Source of the DNA: a virus
Reading direction: 5' to 3' (one strand)
Virus record (IMG/VR): IMGVR_UViG_3300032288_004815
Location: 32,001-96,000 of that record
Length of the DNA: 64,000 nucleotides
Positions 26,843 to 37,869 of the stretch are shown here, piece by piece; position 1 is the stretch's first letter, and every line of letters begins with the position of its first letter. The position numbers were made by a program, and so were the translations under genes. A model generated the notes under the pieces. That model was given only the letters and a program-made list of their open reading frames with translations. It searched no databases and had not been told where the DNA came from.

Positions 26843-26910
26843 TAACAAGCTACATAAATTTGCTATAAAATGCCCGCTTGCTCCGCCCGGAAAACACACA
26901 ACAATGTTTG

Positions 26911-27177
26911 TCACAAAGTTTTTCCTACAGTTTCTAAAATAGTATTCAGCTCATCGTGATCGCGATTAGTCTCGCCTAATTTGGCTTTGTGTGCAATTTT
27001 AATTGCTTTTTTAAGAGTTGCAGGTTTTATTTCTAGTTCTTCGGCAATGGCTTTGATGGTGTCATTGAGTCCTGCGTTTAAATCGTCGACTTCGGCCATT
27101 ACTTGCATGCCTTCGTTAATAAGTTGGGTAAGTTTAATTTTAGCTTCACCGTTGAAGCTGCGATTGTAGTCTGTCAT
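26911..27177 (-). CDS. Small helical DNA-binding protein (mirror copy)
   Basis: Identical to 26490..26756. Confidence 0.6.
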   Translation of the reverse strand: MTDYNRSFNGEAKIKLTQLINEGMQVMAEVDDLNAGLNDTIKAIAEELEIKPATLKKAIKIAHKAKLGETNRDHDELNTILETVGKTL

Positions 27178-27274
27178 GGAATCTCCTAATTGAAATGTGC
27201 TACACTCTAGATTATACGGTAGCGAATCGCATAAGTCAAGGCAGTAGCCGCCCACCCGGTCCTAAGGCCAAGGT

Positions 27275-28393
27275 TTATTTGTTCAATAATGTATTTAATT
27301 CAGGCCACAGTGCTTGGAAACTATATTTTGGAACAATTGTTTGCTCCATTTGATCTATCCAATTTAAAAATTTTTGAGATTTTGTGGGATCTGTAATGTT
27401 GTCTTGTAAACTGGTTTTAACACCGCTTAAGAAATAATCATCAAAATCTAACTGATCAATTTCTTCCAAGGCCAAATTAATTATTTCACGATTGTGTCCA
27501 AAAATTAAAAAACTGTCAGTGGGTAAATTATAAGGATCGACAGTGGCTAAAGCCAGTTGCCAATTAATTCTTAAACTGCCGCACCTGTCTGAAAAGTCAT
27601 ATAATTCTTTAAGTCTTGTGGCATTAAAAATACTGTAAACAGGATGAAAAGTTACATTGTTAGCTGTAAAGTCTTGTTTGAGTATATTGATATTATTGCA
27701 CAGCAAATTCCAATTGCTGCCTGCTCGCACATATTCAAACCTATCGGCAACATTATCGAAACTTAAATTCCAATAAGTATTTTTAAATTCAGTTAGTTTT
27801 TCATATACTTTGTTGTTTATCAAATCAACACTGCCGTTGGTTAATATATCAATCTTAACATGTTTGGGCAGCATGTCTAATAATCTTATATTGTGTTTTT
27901 GTAACAGAGGTTCTCCGCCTAATAGATAAACAACTTCTATACTGTGTAAATTTTCTTCAACTAAGTCAAACAACGACTCTGTATAATCCCTATTCACTGA
28001 CTCGATGGGTAAATTTCTTATTTTTCGCCATTCACTGCTGTCATGTGTGTTACAGTATCTACAGGTCAAATTACAAACATTGCTCCAGCGAATATCTATA
28101 AGTTTAAGTTGTCTTTGTGTTTGCCTTTGAAATTGGTCGTTGAATGCAGACCATTGACTACTGCCTGGAGCAGTATTTTCAATTTTATAACAACCTTTGC
28201 AATAATCATTCGACTGCCCTGTATGCAGGTCTTGTTGTAGTTGTGTAAATTTATTCGCGGTAAAAATTTCCTGTATTGGTTGCTGTCTTACAGAACCAAA
28301 AAAACCGTCGCCGCTACAACATAGACCCACGCCGCCGTTGACAGACACAAATAGACCTGTGTCTATTGCACTACAGTAATAGTCTTTCATCAA
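27275..28393 (-). CDS. Radical SAM protein (mirror copy)
   Basis: Identical to 25274..26392. Confidence 0.88.
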   Translation of the reverse strand: MMKDYYCSAIDTGLFVSVNGGVGLCCSGDGFFGSVRQQPIQEIFTANKFTQLQQDLHTGQSNDYCKGCYKIENTAPGSSQWSAFNDQFQRQTQRQLKLIDIRWSNVCNLTCRYCNTHDSSEWRKIRNLPIESVNRDYTESLFDLVEENLHSIEVVYLLGGEPLLQKHNIRLLDMLPKHVKIDILTNGSVDLINNKVYEKLTEFKNTYWNLSFDNVADRFEYVRAGSNWNLLCNNINILKQDFTANNVTFHPVYSIFNATRLKELYDFSDRCGSLRINWQLALATVDPYNLPTDSFLIFGHNREIINLALEEIDQLDFDDYFLSGVKTSLQDNITDPTKSQKFLNWIDQMEQTIVPKYSFQALWPELNTLLNK

Positions 28394-28828
28394 TTATTTA
28401 AGACTGGCTCTTAGCATCCAACCATGCTTTTGATGTGCATCTAGCCTCTCGGCTAAAAAGTTGCTGAGCCCGTGTTGTCCTTCGCGTTCGGCTAAATCAT
28501 AGACAAGTTTAATGATTTTAAGAATTTTATCATTGTCTGCCAATAATTCAGTTACCATGGCATCTTTGGGCAGCACTGCTGTTTCATCTTCAATTTGACT
28601 AAGCATACTGAGTCTTGTGTAACTGCCAGGAGTATAGCTGCCTAGTTTACGAATATTTTCGGCAAAATCATCGATGCTGCCATATACTTCTTCGTAGATT
28701 TTACCAAACAACTCATGATATTCTAAAAAGTCAGATCCTTCAACATTCCAGTGAAAGTAGTGTGCTTTTAAATAAAAACTAAAAGTACTGCTGAATCCTA
28801 TTTTCGTAGCTTTAATTAATTCTTCCAT
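28394..28828 (-). CDS. dps: Dps/ferritin-like protein (mirror copy)
   Basis: Identical to 24839..25273. Confidence 0.92.
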   Translation of the reverse strand: MEELIKATKIGFSSTFSFYLKAHYFHWNVEGSDFLEYHELFGKIYEEVYGSIDDFAENIRKLGSYTPGSYTRLSMLSQIEDETAVLPKDAMVTELLADNDKILKIIKLVYDLAEREGQHGLSNFLAERLDAHQKHGWMLRASLK

Positions 28829-28829
28829 T

Positions 28830-29258
28830 TTATGCTGCCTTTTTATTTTTGTCTTTTTCTGTAATTGGTCCGCCGGTGATCCATGCAGCACAACTTCTTG
28901 CTCCTGCACATTTGAAATGCAGGAAATTACAATAGCCTATGTCTGCAATATTTATACTAGCATTAGCATCAATGTTTGTTTCGCTGCCACGAATACCGCT
29001 GGCAATGCATTCACGCATACTGTCACTGACATCAAAAGCTGCACAGTTAGCGCACTGCATGGTCTTGGCCACTGCTTCAGAAACTTTGAATCTTTTAGCT
29101 GCTTGCCGCCAGTAGTTGTCGGGTTTGTCGGGATTAGCTGGACCATAATGATAAGAATCTATAGCTTTTTGCCTATTTTTAAGATTAACATCAATGTTGT
29201 GTGTGGCCACAGGACAGTTTTTTGCTGCTGCCTCCATGATATTAATAAAGTTACGCAT
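28830..29258 (-). CDS. Cys-rich protein (mirror copy)
   Basis: Identical to 24409..24837. Confidence 0.55.
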   Translation of the reverse strand: MRNFINIMEAAAKNCPVATHNIDVNLKNRQKAIDSYHYGPANPDKPDNYWRQAAKRFKVSEAVAKTMQCANCAAFDVSDSMRECIASGIRGSETNIDANASINIADIGYCNFLHFKCAGARSCAAWITGGPITEKDKNKKAA

Positions 29259-31206
29259 GTTTACGACCTTTCAATGCCTTGCTGCCAATGGGACTTAGTA
29301 CATTGTCATCGCCTTTAATTGCAGCACTGCCACTGAAAGCTGCCAGATTAAATTCTTTTAATTTGACTTCTTTGATTTTTGGAATACCAAATGCTCGTTG
29401 TGCTTCTAGCACTGCTGCAGGTCCTTGTGATTCAGTTAAGTACCAACCTTGGTTGTCTTTGGTTAACTTAAACTCGTTGACCAGTGTGCTGGCATCTGTG
29501 GCTTTTGGATAAAAATAAAATCTTGTTTCATTTACTTTTTTTGTCTTACCCTGTACTGCGGTGGTTCTATCTGGCTCAGGAGCAAGTTTAGTTTTTGTTT
29601 TTTTCATAAATTTCTTGATAGATTTTTTTGTAAGATTGCCTAATACGCCATCTACATCTAAATTTGCTCCAAACTTAATATTAAGGTAATTTTGTAATCT
29701 TTTAACTGTGTCTGAATCCAAGCTCGGCTGTTTAGTCTCATTGGTTTTCTTTTTGCCCCAATTGGCTGCACCTTTTTTGCGACACTGAACCAATGCACCA
29801 CTAGCGTAAGCACTGGGCCATACTTTGTATCTACTTTTTACCTTGTGATAACAAGCATCCTGTTTTTCTGCTAAAATTAAATTGTTAAAGGAAGGGCCAC
29901 CACAATGTGGACATTTTTCTTCCACTATACCTTGCCCTTTGATCTTGTCTTGGATCTTTTTATAACGATAGAAGTTTGCATCTTTATCTGCATCAGTCTT
30001 ACCAAACTTTCCAGTGTCCATCTTTTTATCAATCTCACGCTTGGCATATCCAGGGACAATCTTGCGTAAAGTCTGCTGTAAGCCTTCTGCTACACCTTGC
30101 TCGTCATCTGCGAATGGCAAATACCAGAACCAATTTTCGAACCCACCGGGATTAGTATCATAGTCCATATGAGCACTATTTCTGGCGTTATTTAACATTC
30201 TTTTGAATTCAAATATGGCGCTAGCACCGTGTTGTTGTGCCACTGAAAATAATGATTGATATAATTTATCGGCACCAGATTTATCTTTGTATTTTTCAAT
30301 TCCGGGAGCAAGTTTATTATATACATTTGACATGTCAGCATGTAGTTCATCTAGAGAGCCTTCCGACACACCTTGTTCGTCCAAAGGTTCATCATCTACT
30401 GTAGGTTTGTATTCGCTGGGTTCTTCACCTCTGATAGCCTTGTATGATGCATCAAGTATTTCCATCTTGGTAGGATGATCCAGACCCGCATACCAGGATT
30501 GTTGTTGCAGTTGATCGAACACATCTCGGCGTTCAGCGTTGGCGAAATCTTCGTCATAGTCCCAGTAGGTGAACTGTAAAGGTTTGCCTTTACGCGGACC
30601 TTCAATGTCAAAAGTCAGCACCATCTGATCTAAGTCATAGTCACTTTTTACTACACTGAAGCCCTCCGCCACACCTTCGTTTGATTTCTTTTTAGTGGCA
30701 ACATTGATAGCTGCACCACTGCGTTCAGGATTTGGATCTTGTCTGCGTTTTCTTGCCGCTGCACTGGCACGACCTGCTTTACCTAATGCATGGGCTTTAC
30801 TTTGTGGTAAACACTTTGGTTTGCCTTCGCTGTCGTCGCCCCTTGCACAAGCTCCCCGTATCTTACCATCAGGACCAAAACGAACCCATTTTTCTTTGAA
30901 CCATTTGCGTAGATTTTCAGAAATAGCATTATTTTTTTCAGGTTCTAGTTCGTTAGTACGATCTCCTTGATAGTTTGCTAAGTCGTCTAATATTTCTTGT
31001 GCAGCAATATCAATGTCACTCATGCTACGCAAATCTGTGGCTTCTTCGGCATAATCTAACACAGCATCACCTACTACTTCGTGACCATAGCGAGTGATTG
31101 CTTCAGGAAAGTTTTTCAGCACTGCATTAAACAACAGTTCTGCCAAATCAATGGGACTTATGTTTTCATTTACATTTCTTTTATTGTATAAATCCGAGAG
31201 AAACAT
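29251..31206 (-). CDS. Modular QGVAEG-junction protein (mirror copy)
   Basis: Identical to 22461..24416. Confidence 0.75.
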   Translation of the reverse strand: MFLSDLYNKRNVNENISPIDLAELLFNAVLKNFPEAITRYGHEVVGDAVLDYAEEATDLRSMSDIDIAAQEILDDLANYQGDRTNELEPEKNNAISENLRKWFKEKWVRFGPDGKIRGACARGDDSEGKPKCLPQSKAHALGKAGRASAAARKRRQDPNPERSGAAINVATKKKSNEGVAEGFSVVKSDYDLDQMVLTFDIEGPRKGKPLQFTYWDYDEDFANAERRDVFDQLQQQSWYAGLDHPTKMEILDASYKAIRGEEPSEYKPTVDDEPLDEQGVSEGSLDELHADMSNVYNKLAPGIEKYKDKSGADKLYQSLFSVAQQHGASAIFEFKRMLNNARNSAHMDYDTNPGGFENWFWYLPFADDEQGVAEGLQQTLRKIVPGYAKREIDKKMDTGKFGKTDADKDANFYRYKKIQDKIKGQGIVEEKCPHCGGPSFNNLILAEKQDACYHKVKSRYKVWPSAYASGALVQCRKKGAANWGKKKTNETKQPSLDSDTVKRLQNYLNIKFGANLDVDGVLGNLTKKSIKKFMKKTKTKLAPEPDRTTAVQGKTKKVNETRFYFYPKATDASTLVNEFKLTKDNQGWYLTESQGPAAVLEAQRAFGIPKIKEVKLKEFNLAAFSGSAAIKGDDNVLSPIGSKALKGRKHA

Positions 31207-31210
31207 AATT

Positions 31211-34200
31211 TTATTTTCCTTGTTTACTTAACATACCAGCTTTTTGCAAAGCACTACCTAATGCGCTAGCAGTTGTTGGAGTTTCTGCTGCTTTTAAAAC
31301 CAATGGTTGTAATACACTGATAGCTTTTTGTTGGTCGGCACTTAAAGGTCTACCGTCATTTGTATTTACTATGGCCTGCGCCAATGCGTTTGTGTTAGTT
31401 CCAGGAGGAACAACTGTGGTCAAACTACTGGCCATGGTTTTAGCAGTGGCAGTGTCTTGTGCTTGTGCTTGTTTTTCTTTACGCTCTTGACTAGTGCCAG
31501 TCTGGCTTGTGATCTGTTGATTTGGATTAGTGTCCTGTTGGTTGGCACTAGTAGCCTGTAAAGTTGGTGAAGTTGACTGACGAGTGGGATCAGTTGCCGG
31601 GTCTTGTTCTTTGATAGGCTTGTCATCCTTGTCGGCAATGTCGCGCAGTCTTTGTGCTAATTGTTTGATATCCACCGGACCATATCGGCGTTCTTGTTCT
31701 TTAGCCCGTTGACCTAATCTTCTTACTAAATCGTCAAACTCATCAAAACTATATCTGTCAGCCACATCTTTTTTGTTTGTCATTCTTGTTTCCCTTACCG
31801 CAGTTTTATTATCAACTATCTGCACCATTCTATTATACCACTGTCCTGCTGGAGTAAGTAGGTGTGGATTTCTTTTAGTTAGAAACTCGCTGTGCTTCTT
31901 AACAAATTCATTGTATGCTCGAGATCCTGGTTGTAAATTTCTAGCTGTTGCTGCATTATTAGCTAATATTTCAACTACTGGTGTATTGGGTTGTGTTTTT
32001 GCTGCTTGCATTACCTGAGCATGACCTCCAGCACCTATACTATGTGATCCATATAGGTTTGCAGGAGTTAATTCTAATCCATTTTGTCGAAGTGAAGCCT
32101 GTTGTCTTTGGAATAATGCAGCTTGGAGGCGTTCTTGAAAATCAGAACTAAACTTTTGACTTTTTAGATTTTCTGGAGTTATTCCCAAATCATTTATTAA
32201 ACCGGTAAATTTGCCGTTTCTAAGTTCTCCAAACACTGTGCTTTGCACCATACCATATTTGCCAGCTGCATTGTCCTGAGGTCCTCTGAATTTTTGATAT
32301 CGCAAAACTTCATCTAATGTCATGTCAGATAATTTCTTTGCTACTCCCAATGTTTGTTTAGACCATTGTTCAGGAGTTTTATAACCTGGAGCTATAAATG
32401 CAGCATCATATCCTTTTGCTCCTCCCTCCCTACCACCAATTATTCTATTGTATTCAGCCACAGAATTGGAATCTGTTACATCCAATACAGTGTTGCCATA
32501 TGGTTTAGCTCCTGGCTGCGTGCTAGTTATGCTTCCAGGTCTTTGTGGCATTGATTTTTCTAACTGTTGAATTTCTTGTTTAATGCGAGGATCTTCTAAA
32601 GATTTAAAAATTGCTTCTCTGTTATTTGCTGGTAAGTTATTAAAGTCTAATGCATTTGAAATTACTCTTTGTGCATCACTACCTGCGCCTTGTCCTGCTT
32701 CAGCATATCGTTTTTTTATGTATTCAAGTTGCGCTGGAGTCAATTGATTGTATTGATATTGTTTTGGATTTACAACATCAACGGCTTTTTGTACAATCTT
32801 ATCTACACTACCAGCACTGGGTTCAGCAGCTTTTGTTGTGCCCGCCAGTTGCTTTAATTTATCTTGTCCACCAAAGATATCAATGGTTCTTTTATCACCG
32901 CTGGCCAGTAAATTTGCAGCTTCCTGTGCTGTTGGGGTGTACTGACTTATGTTTGTACTTTTTTGAAGCCAGGCAGCGTGTTTTTCTGCTGCCGATCCTT
33001 CACCAGAAGCTAGTCTGCGGCCTAAATCTACTTCAGGACTTTGCACATAATCTGCCACGGCCGCTGCGTTTGTTGCCAATCCCACTACTCCCAATGGCCC
33101 GAGAACTTTTGATGCAGTTTGCCCAATACCTTTTAAAATTGAAGAGCCGGCAGCAGCCGGGGCTGATCTAGGCATCTGCACAACATTACTGGATTGAGCA
33201 GGCGCCGCTCCTGTTGTGGTAGAAGTAGATACTGTGCTTTTAGGTAATTCAACAACATTACTAGGTTTCCCTGTAGTTTGAACAGCACTTGATTGAGCAG
33301 CACTTGATTGTGTATTAGGCACAGCTCCTAAATTTTGTCTATATCGATCTCCCACAGACATCTCTGGTTTTACAGTCGATTGGCCAGTTGTAGAACTTGT
33401 TGTGGGTTTGCCAGTTGCTGATTGAACACCTGATGGTTCTGCCAACGGTGGTGATGTAGTGCCGGCAGTTGCAGGCTCAGTGGGAACTATACTTAAATTT
33501 TTAAATTTGGGATCATTGGAGGAGCTACTTGGAAAGGAAATTACATCGCCTTCTTTAAATTTTTGCCATTTTTCTTTTAACTGTTTCAGTGTCCTAGTTT
33601 TTTTCATTGTGCTTTCTAAATCACTGAGTATATTTTCTTGCTGTTGTTCGCTGCCGCCCACCATTCTATTGCGACTCATACTGGCAGGATCTGTGCCTTT
33701 CCAATAACCTGGAAACTTTGGTCCTGTTGATTTTTGTTCAGCTTTTGACATAGATTCAACTATGTAAATGCTTTTCTGCATGTCGGTCATGTGTTCAAAA
33801 CTTTCTCTATAGCCCATTTCTTTGTCAGACCTATAAGCACCTGGAGGCCCTGATTTTTGCCCGCCCCAGCGCCAAAAATCTAAATTTCTGCGCTGTTCAG
33901 GTTCACCGGGTGTAACAGGTACAGGCACTGGTCTAACTGGGGGCGCAGATGCTGGCGGTTGTTGTGTGGCAGGAGGCGGGCCTGGTTCTGGTGGAGGTAC
34001 AGGCTTAATAGGAGGGACAGGACCTGGCTCAGGGGGAAGTGGTGGAGCTGGTGGAGCAGGGGGCACAGGAGGAGCAGCAGGTGCAGGCGTTTCTCCTGTT
34101 GGCATAGGTTGTGGTTTAGGTCCTGCAGGTGCTGGAGCCGGAGCAGGTGCTGGAGCAGGTTGTTCTGCAGGTCTTTCTGTTGGAACTCTAAGAGGTCTAG

Positions 34201-35590
34201 GTGGCGCCACAGGAGGAGCTTGTGGCGGTGACTCAGATGGTGGACTGGGCGCCGCTGGCACCGGTTCTGTTGGTTTTACTGGTTCTGGTCTTGGTGCTGG
34301 AGCAGGAGCCGGCGCTGGTTGCGGCCTAGTAGGAGGTCCTGGAGGTGTAACCGGCTCAGGTAAAGGAATTGGTGGCCTTGGTGCTGGTGCAGGACCTGGT
34401 GCTGGAGCGGGTGCTGGAGCGGGTTGCGGTCTTGGGGGAATTGGTGTTCCAGGCACAGGTGTTATTGGTGGTCTTGGCTCTGGTACTGGTTGTTCTACGG
34501 GCCTTGGCGGTATTGGTGTGCCAGGGACAGGCTTAATAGGAGGTACAGGTGTGCCTGGCGGAGGTTGTGGAGTTAACGGCCCTGGTCTCACTATAGGCGG
34601 CCTAGGCATAGGTAATCCTGTTGGGACTATACCGTCTGACGGTACTGTTACTTGAGAAACTGCGGTTGTTGGACTTTGTACAGCAACTGGTTGCCTTCTT
34701 AATGGATCATCTAGTTCTGGTCTTCTGACATCTGCTCTTTGTTCTGGCTCAATTACAGGTTGCCTAACTGGTTGCCTTCTTAATGGATCATCTAGTTCTG
34801 GTCTTCTTGCACTAGTAGCTGATCCAGCAGGTTGAGATACTGCTGGTTGAACAGCTTGCGGAAACTGTTGCATGGCCAGTCGTGTTTGTGGGCCCATTAT
34901 TCCATCTGTTCTAATATTTGCACCTGCTTGTCTTAATCTATCTTGCAATGCTTTAATTTCTGCACTGGAAGTAGGCACAGATTGTGGCGCAGCTGGTCTA
35001 GTTGCAGGCTGTCTTCTTAATGGATCGTCTAGCTCTGGTCTTCTGACATCAGCTGATGGTTGTTGCTGAGGTGGTCTTAGGAACTTTGTGGGATCAGCTT
35101 TGTATAAGTCTAACTCTTGTTTAGTCCACGGTTTATTAGTTAACGGATTAAGTTCAGACCCTCGCAGTGGACCCTGTTGAGGAAAATCGTATTGCTGACC
35201 CACATTACCTGGTGTTAATGCACCGGTTATTGCTGCGCCAGCTCTGGCCACATAAGGTGCCACAGACTGAGCAATTCTACCTAAAGTGCTAGTAGATTGA
35301 CCAGCTGGTGCAGCGGCAGCTGGGGCAGCGGCTGGAGCAGGTGCGGTTGCAGTAGGTACAGGTCTAACTACAGCCGTAGAAGGTGCTGCTGTTGTTCCTG
35401 GAGGTCTTACTTGACTTGGACCCTGTATTGGTTGTGAAGGTCTAGTTGGTGCAGTGCCCGGTCTAGGTTGATCTACTGTGCTGGGCTTCGGTCTTGCCTG
35501 CTCATTTGTAAACTCGTGACTGGATTCTAAAGTTTTAAAATAATCACTAAAAGATTTTTTTTTAAAATCTTGATTATTTTTATCCTGCAT
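31211..35590 (-). CDS. Pro-rich PG-binding/lysozyme-like protein (mirror copy)
   Basis: Identical to 18077..22456. Confidence 0.7.
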   Translation of the reverse strand: MQDKNNQDFKKKSFSDYFKTLESSHEFTNEQARPKPSTVDQPRPGTAPTRPSQPIQGPSQVRPPGTTAAPSTAVVRPVPTATAPAPAAAPAAAAPAGQSTSTLGRIAQSVAPYVARAGAAITGALTPGNVGQQYDFPQQGPLRGSELNPLTNKPWTKQELDLYKADPTKFLRPPQQQPSADVRRPELDDPLRRQPATRPAAPQSVPTSSAEIKALQDRLRQAGANIRTDGIMGPQTRLAMQQFPQAVQPAVSQPAGSATSARRPELDDPLRRQPVRQPVIEPEQRADVRRPELDDPLRRQPVAVQSPTTAVSQVTVPSDGIVPTGLPMPRPPIVRPGPLTPQPPPGTPVPPIKPVPGTPIPPRPVEQPVPEPRPPITPVPGTPIPPRPQPAPAPAPAPGPAPAPRPPIPLPEPVTPPGPPTRPQPAPAPAPAPRPEPVKPTEPVPAAPSPPSESPPQAPPVAPPRPLRVPTERPAEQPAPAPAPAPAPAGPKPQPMPTGETPAPAAPPVPPAPPAPPLPPEPGPVPPIKPVPPPEPGPPPATQQPPASAPPVRPVPVPVTPGEPEQRRNLDFWRWGGQKSGPPGAYRSDKEMGYRESFEHMTDMQKSIYIVESMSKAEQKSTGPKFPGYWKGTDPASMSRNRMVGGSEQQQENILSDLESTMKKTRTLKQLKEKWQKFKEGDVISFPSSSSNDPKFKNLSIVPTEPATAGTTSPPLAEPSGVQSATGKPTTSSTTGQSTVKPEMSVGDRYRQNLGAVPNTQSSAAQSSAVQTTGKPSNVVELPKSTVSTSTTTGAAPAQSSNVVQMPRSAPAAAGSSILKGIGQTASKVLGPLGVVGLATNAAAVADYVQSPEVDLGRRLASGEGSAAEKHAAWLQKSTNISQYTPTAQEAANLLASGDKRTIDIFGGQDKLKQLAGTTKAAEPSAGSVDKIVQKAVDVVNPKQYQYNQLTPAQLEYIKKRYAEAGQGAGSDAQRVISNALDFNNLPANNREAIFKSLEDPRIKQEIQQLEKSMPQRPGSITSTQPGAKPYGNTVLDVTDSNSVAEYNRIIGGREGGAKGYDAAFIAPGYKTPEQWSKQTLGVAKKLSDMTLDEVLRYQKFRGPQDNAAGKYGMVQSTVFGELRNGKFTGLINDLGITPENLKSQKFSSDFQERLQAALFQRQQASLRQNGLELTPANLYGSHSIGAGGHAQVMQAAKTQPNTPVVEILANNAATARNLQPGSRAYNEFVKKHSEFLTKRNPHLLTPAGQWYNRMVQIVDNKTAVRETRMTNKKDVADRYSFDEFDDLVRRLGQRAKEQERRYGPVDIKQLAQRLRDIADKDDKPIKEQDPATDPTRQSTSPTLQATSANQQDTNPNQQITSQTGTSQERKEKQAQAQDTATAKTMASSLTTVVPPGTNTNALAQAIVNTNDGRPLSADQQKAISVLQPLVLKAAETPTTASALGSALQKAGMLSKQGK

Positions 35591-36480
35591 TACTTTTTAG
35601 CCTTAGGTTGTTTATAAGTACCACCAAACAGTGTGCCTGTTTTTGCTTTGTTTTTGGGCGTTGGATTAACTACAGTTGCAACACTGCCAGCAGACATTTC
35701 GTTTATCCCTAATTTTGATCTCGCTGCATTGGCTTTTTCTATATCTTCTGGTCTCGGTTGAAAACCAAAGCCTGCGCCTCTATTATCACCACGCATGTAA
35801 TTGTTTAATTTTTGTTGATATAAATTTTCTTGTTTTTGCTTTTGCCAGTCTGCTTGTTTTTTATCAAATTCAATTTCTTCAGGACTTTTTGGTTGAGTTG
35901 CTACAGGTTCACCAGAAGTGCTTGGTTGATAACCTCCTGTCACTTGACCATCGGGTCCAATTGCTACTCTTCGAGACATGTCTTCCGCCACACTTTTCTT
36001 CTTTAGGCGTGCTATTTCGTTGTTATACTCTTTTTCCCATTCCGCATGTGCTGCTTTATGGTACTTAGGGTTGTGCGGATTATTATAAGTTTTTCCTAAT
36101 CTATGAGCATTTCTTGCGGCACTCCTGCCATTTCCAGGTGTTATACCTTTATAACGATCATCTTGTTCGGAGCCTTCCGCCACACCTTGCTGCATATTTT
36201 CGGCTATAGGTAACATAGTTTGCTGATTAGCCGCAGTCATTAGTTCGTATTCCATGTATTCCAACACAGTTTTCAGATAGTCGCTGGCCAATGTAATTTT
36301 ACTGCTGACCCACCCTTCTAAACCTTGTTGTTCATCAACATTGCGTAATAACTTGTGTAATCTTAATGCGTATTCTGCTGAGTGATATAATTCTTCACGA
36401 GCCATTTGTACTTCGTGATCTTGATGAACTGAATGTGCGTCTTCAACAAAATTTTCGCCTAAAAATTGTGAACTTTTCAT
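35590..36480 (-). CDS. Modular hypothetical protein (mirror copy)
   Basis: Identical to 17187..18077. Confidence 0.75.
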   Translation of the reverse strand: MKSSQFLGENFVEDAHSVHQDHEVQMAREELYHSAEYALRLHKLLRNVDEQQGLEGWVSSKITLASDYLKTVLEYMEYELMTAANQQTMLPIAENMQQGVAEGSEQDDRYKGITPGNGRSAARNAHRLGKTYNNPHNPKYHKAAHAEWEKEYNNEIARLKKKSVAEDMSRRVAIGPDGQVTGGYQPSTSGEPVATQPKSPEEIEFDKKQADWQKQKQENLYQQKLNNYMRGDNRGAGFGFQPRPEDIEKANAARSKLGINEMSAGSVATVVNPTPKNKAKTGTLFGGTYKQPKAKK

Positions 36481-36509
36481 ATTTTTATCCCAGATATTGT
36501 ATATTTAGT

Positions 36510-36788
36510 TTAAATTGTAAACTTGCCATTTTCTAACATTTGAAACTTGTTGTCAACAGCAAAGTTTACCAGTGTAAATCCATTGAATTGATTGTTTACA
36601 GGCTGCAAAGTAATAGAGTGTGAACCTGGGGTCAGTTCTGCTATCAGTATTTCACGCACCCACTGATGAGGGTTGCGCCAAATATAAGTGCGTTCAGTGT
36701 ATAAATCGTTGTCTATGTATAGTCTATAGGCCTGTGGCTCAGTTTGCCAGTTGCAATAGACATCAACTTCAATTCTTAGATCCTGCAC
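36510..36788 (-). CDS. Small hypothetical protein (mirror copy)
   Basis: Identical to 16879..17157. Confidence 0.65.
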   Translation of the reverse strand: MQDLRIEVDVYCNWQTEPQAYRLYIDNDLYTERTYIWRNPHQWVREILIAELTPGSHSITLQPVNNQFNGFTLVNFAVDNKFQMLENGKFTI

Positions 36789-37869
36789 GATTTTTACCTC
36801 GACGCATGTTCAATTGCCAGCGAGCCATACGACCTCGTTCGCCTTCAGCGTTCTTAAGTTTTTCAAGTTGTGCTATGGAAGCACCTTTGGGAATTCCCAC
36901 ACGCTGGCTTAGTCCTTTGCGTCCAGGGTTGCGGCCGTCAGCAAAGTTTTCGCCCACATTGTATGTGGGATCAGTTTTTTGACGCTTCATGCCTTTTGGT
37001 TGATTGGGGTCAACTGGATCTATGTCTGTGGTAGTGAGTCCTGTTTTTTCAAGGTCTTTGATATACTCATGTTCTTCATCTTCACTGCCAAAAGAAAAAA
37101 TAGTGCTTGGCGGCCCTTGTCCAAAGTCATGGCGACCTAGTCCCTTTAAATTGCTGATATGCTGCCCTAGTTTGTACCAGTCATACACATCCGACACATC
37201 AACTCTCACTGTTCCTTTGGGCATGGTAGGTTTAAATTCTGGACCCGGAGGCGTATCATTTGGATGATAATCTTCTTCAACTTCAGTGGCAGCACCTTTG
37301 GGCCCAATATAGTAAGCATTAAAAGTTACTTGGGGATATTCTGCAGCCAGTTCTTTAAACACACGAAGATTGGTCATGCTGTCGTCATACAAACTTACCT
37401 GACGATATTTGCCAGTGTCCAAGTATCTACGAACCCAAACTGCCTTTTTATAAGCAGGATTTTCATTACCAGGCAAATTGCCTGCACGATGAACATGCAC
37501 ACGACTCATGTCAATGCCTAATCGTTGGAAAGTGTCAATAAAAGTGTCGCGATCATCAAAATCAGCCCTAGCAGTCAACATGATAACACGGCCACGAGTA
37601 TAAGCTAGTATAGCTTTGAGTTCGCGAATCATTGGTTTAATTGGTGTGCTTTCTTGAGCAAATTTTTCTGCGTCTCTAAATTCACCGAAATCAAATTCTT
37701 CACCAGGTTGGAGTCGATAATTGTTAAATTGCTGATTAGTTAATTCTTTAACAGTTTTGCCATCACGCACTACACGAATCTTGGCAGTGGTATGCATCAG
37801 TGTATCGTCTATATCAAATATAGTCAAAGTGCCTTGCGGCTGGACTCTAACAAATTCACGAGCTCTCAT
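36769..37869 (-). CDS. HAD phosphatase modular protein (mirror copy)
   Basis: Identical to 15798..16898. Confidence 0.8.
   Translation of the reverse strand: MRAREFVRVQPQGTLTIFDIDDTLMHTTAKIRVVRDGKTVKELTNQQFNNYRLQPGEEFDFGEFRDAEKFAQESTPIKPMIRELKAILAYTRGRVIMLTARADFDDRDTFIDTFQRLGIDMSRVHVHRAGNLPGNENPAYKKAVWVRRYLDTGKYRQVSLYDDSMTNLRVFKELAAEYPQVTFNAYYIGPKGAATEVEEDYHPNDTPPGPEFKPTMPKGTVRVDVSDVYDWYKLGQHISNLKGLGRHDFGQGPPSTIFSFGSEDEEHEYIKDLEKTGLTTTDIDPVDPNQPKGMKRQKTDPTYNVGENFADGRNPGRKGLSQRVGIPKGASIAQLEKLKNAEGERGRMARWQLNMRRGKNRAGSKN

Noticed and set aside
27235-27275. ccggtcctaagg resembling a twister ribozyme core
   Set aside because: Could not build the remaining twister stems and pseudoknots by eye; kept only as an unassigned structured element
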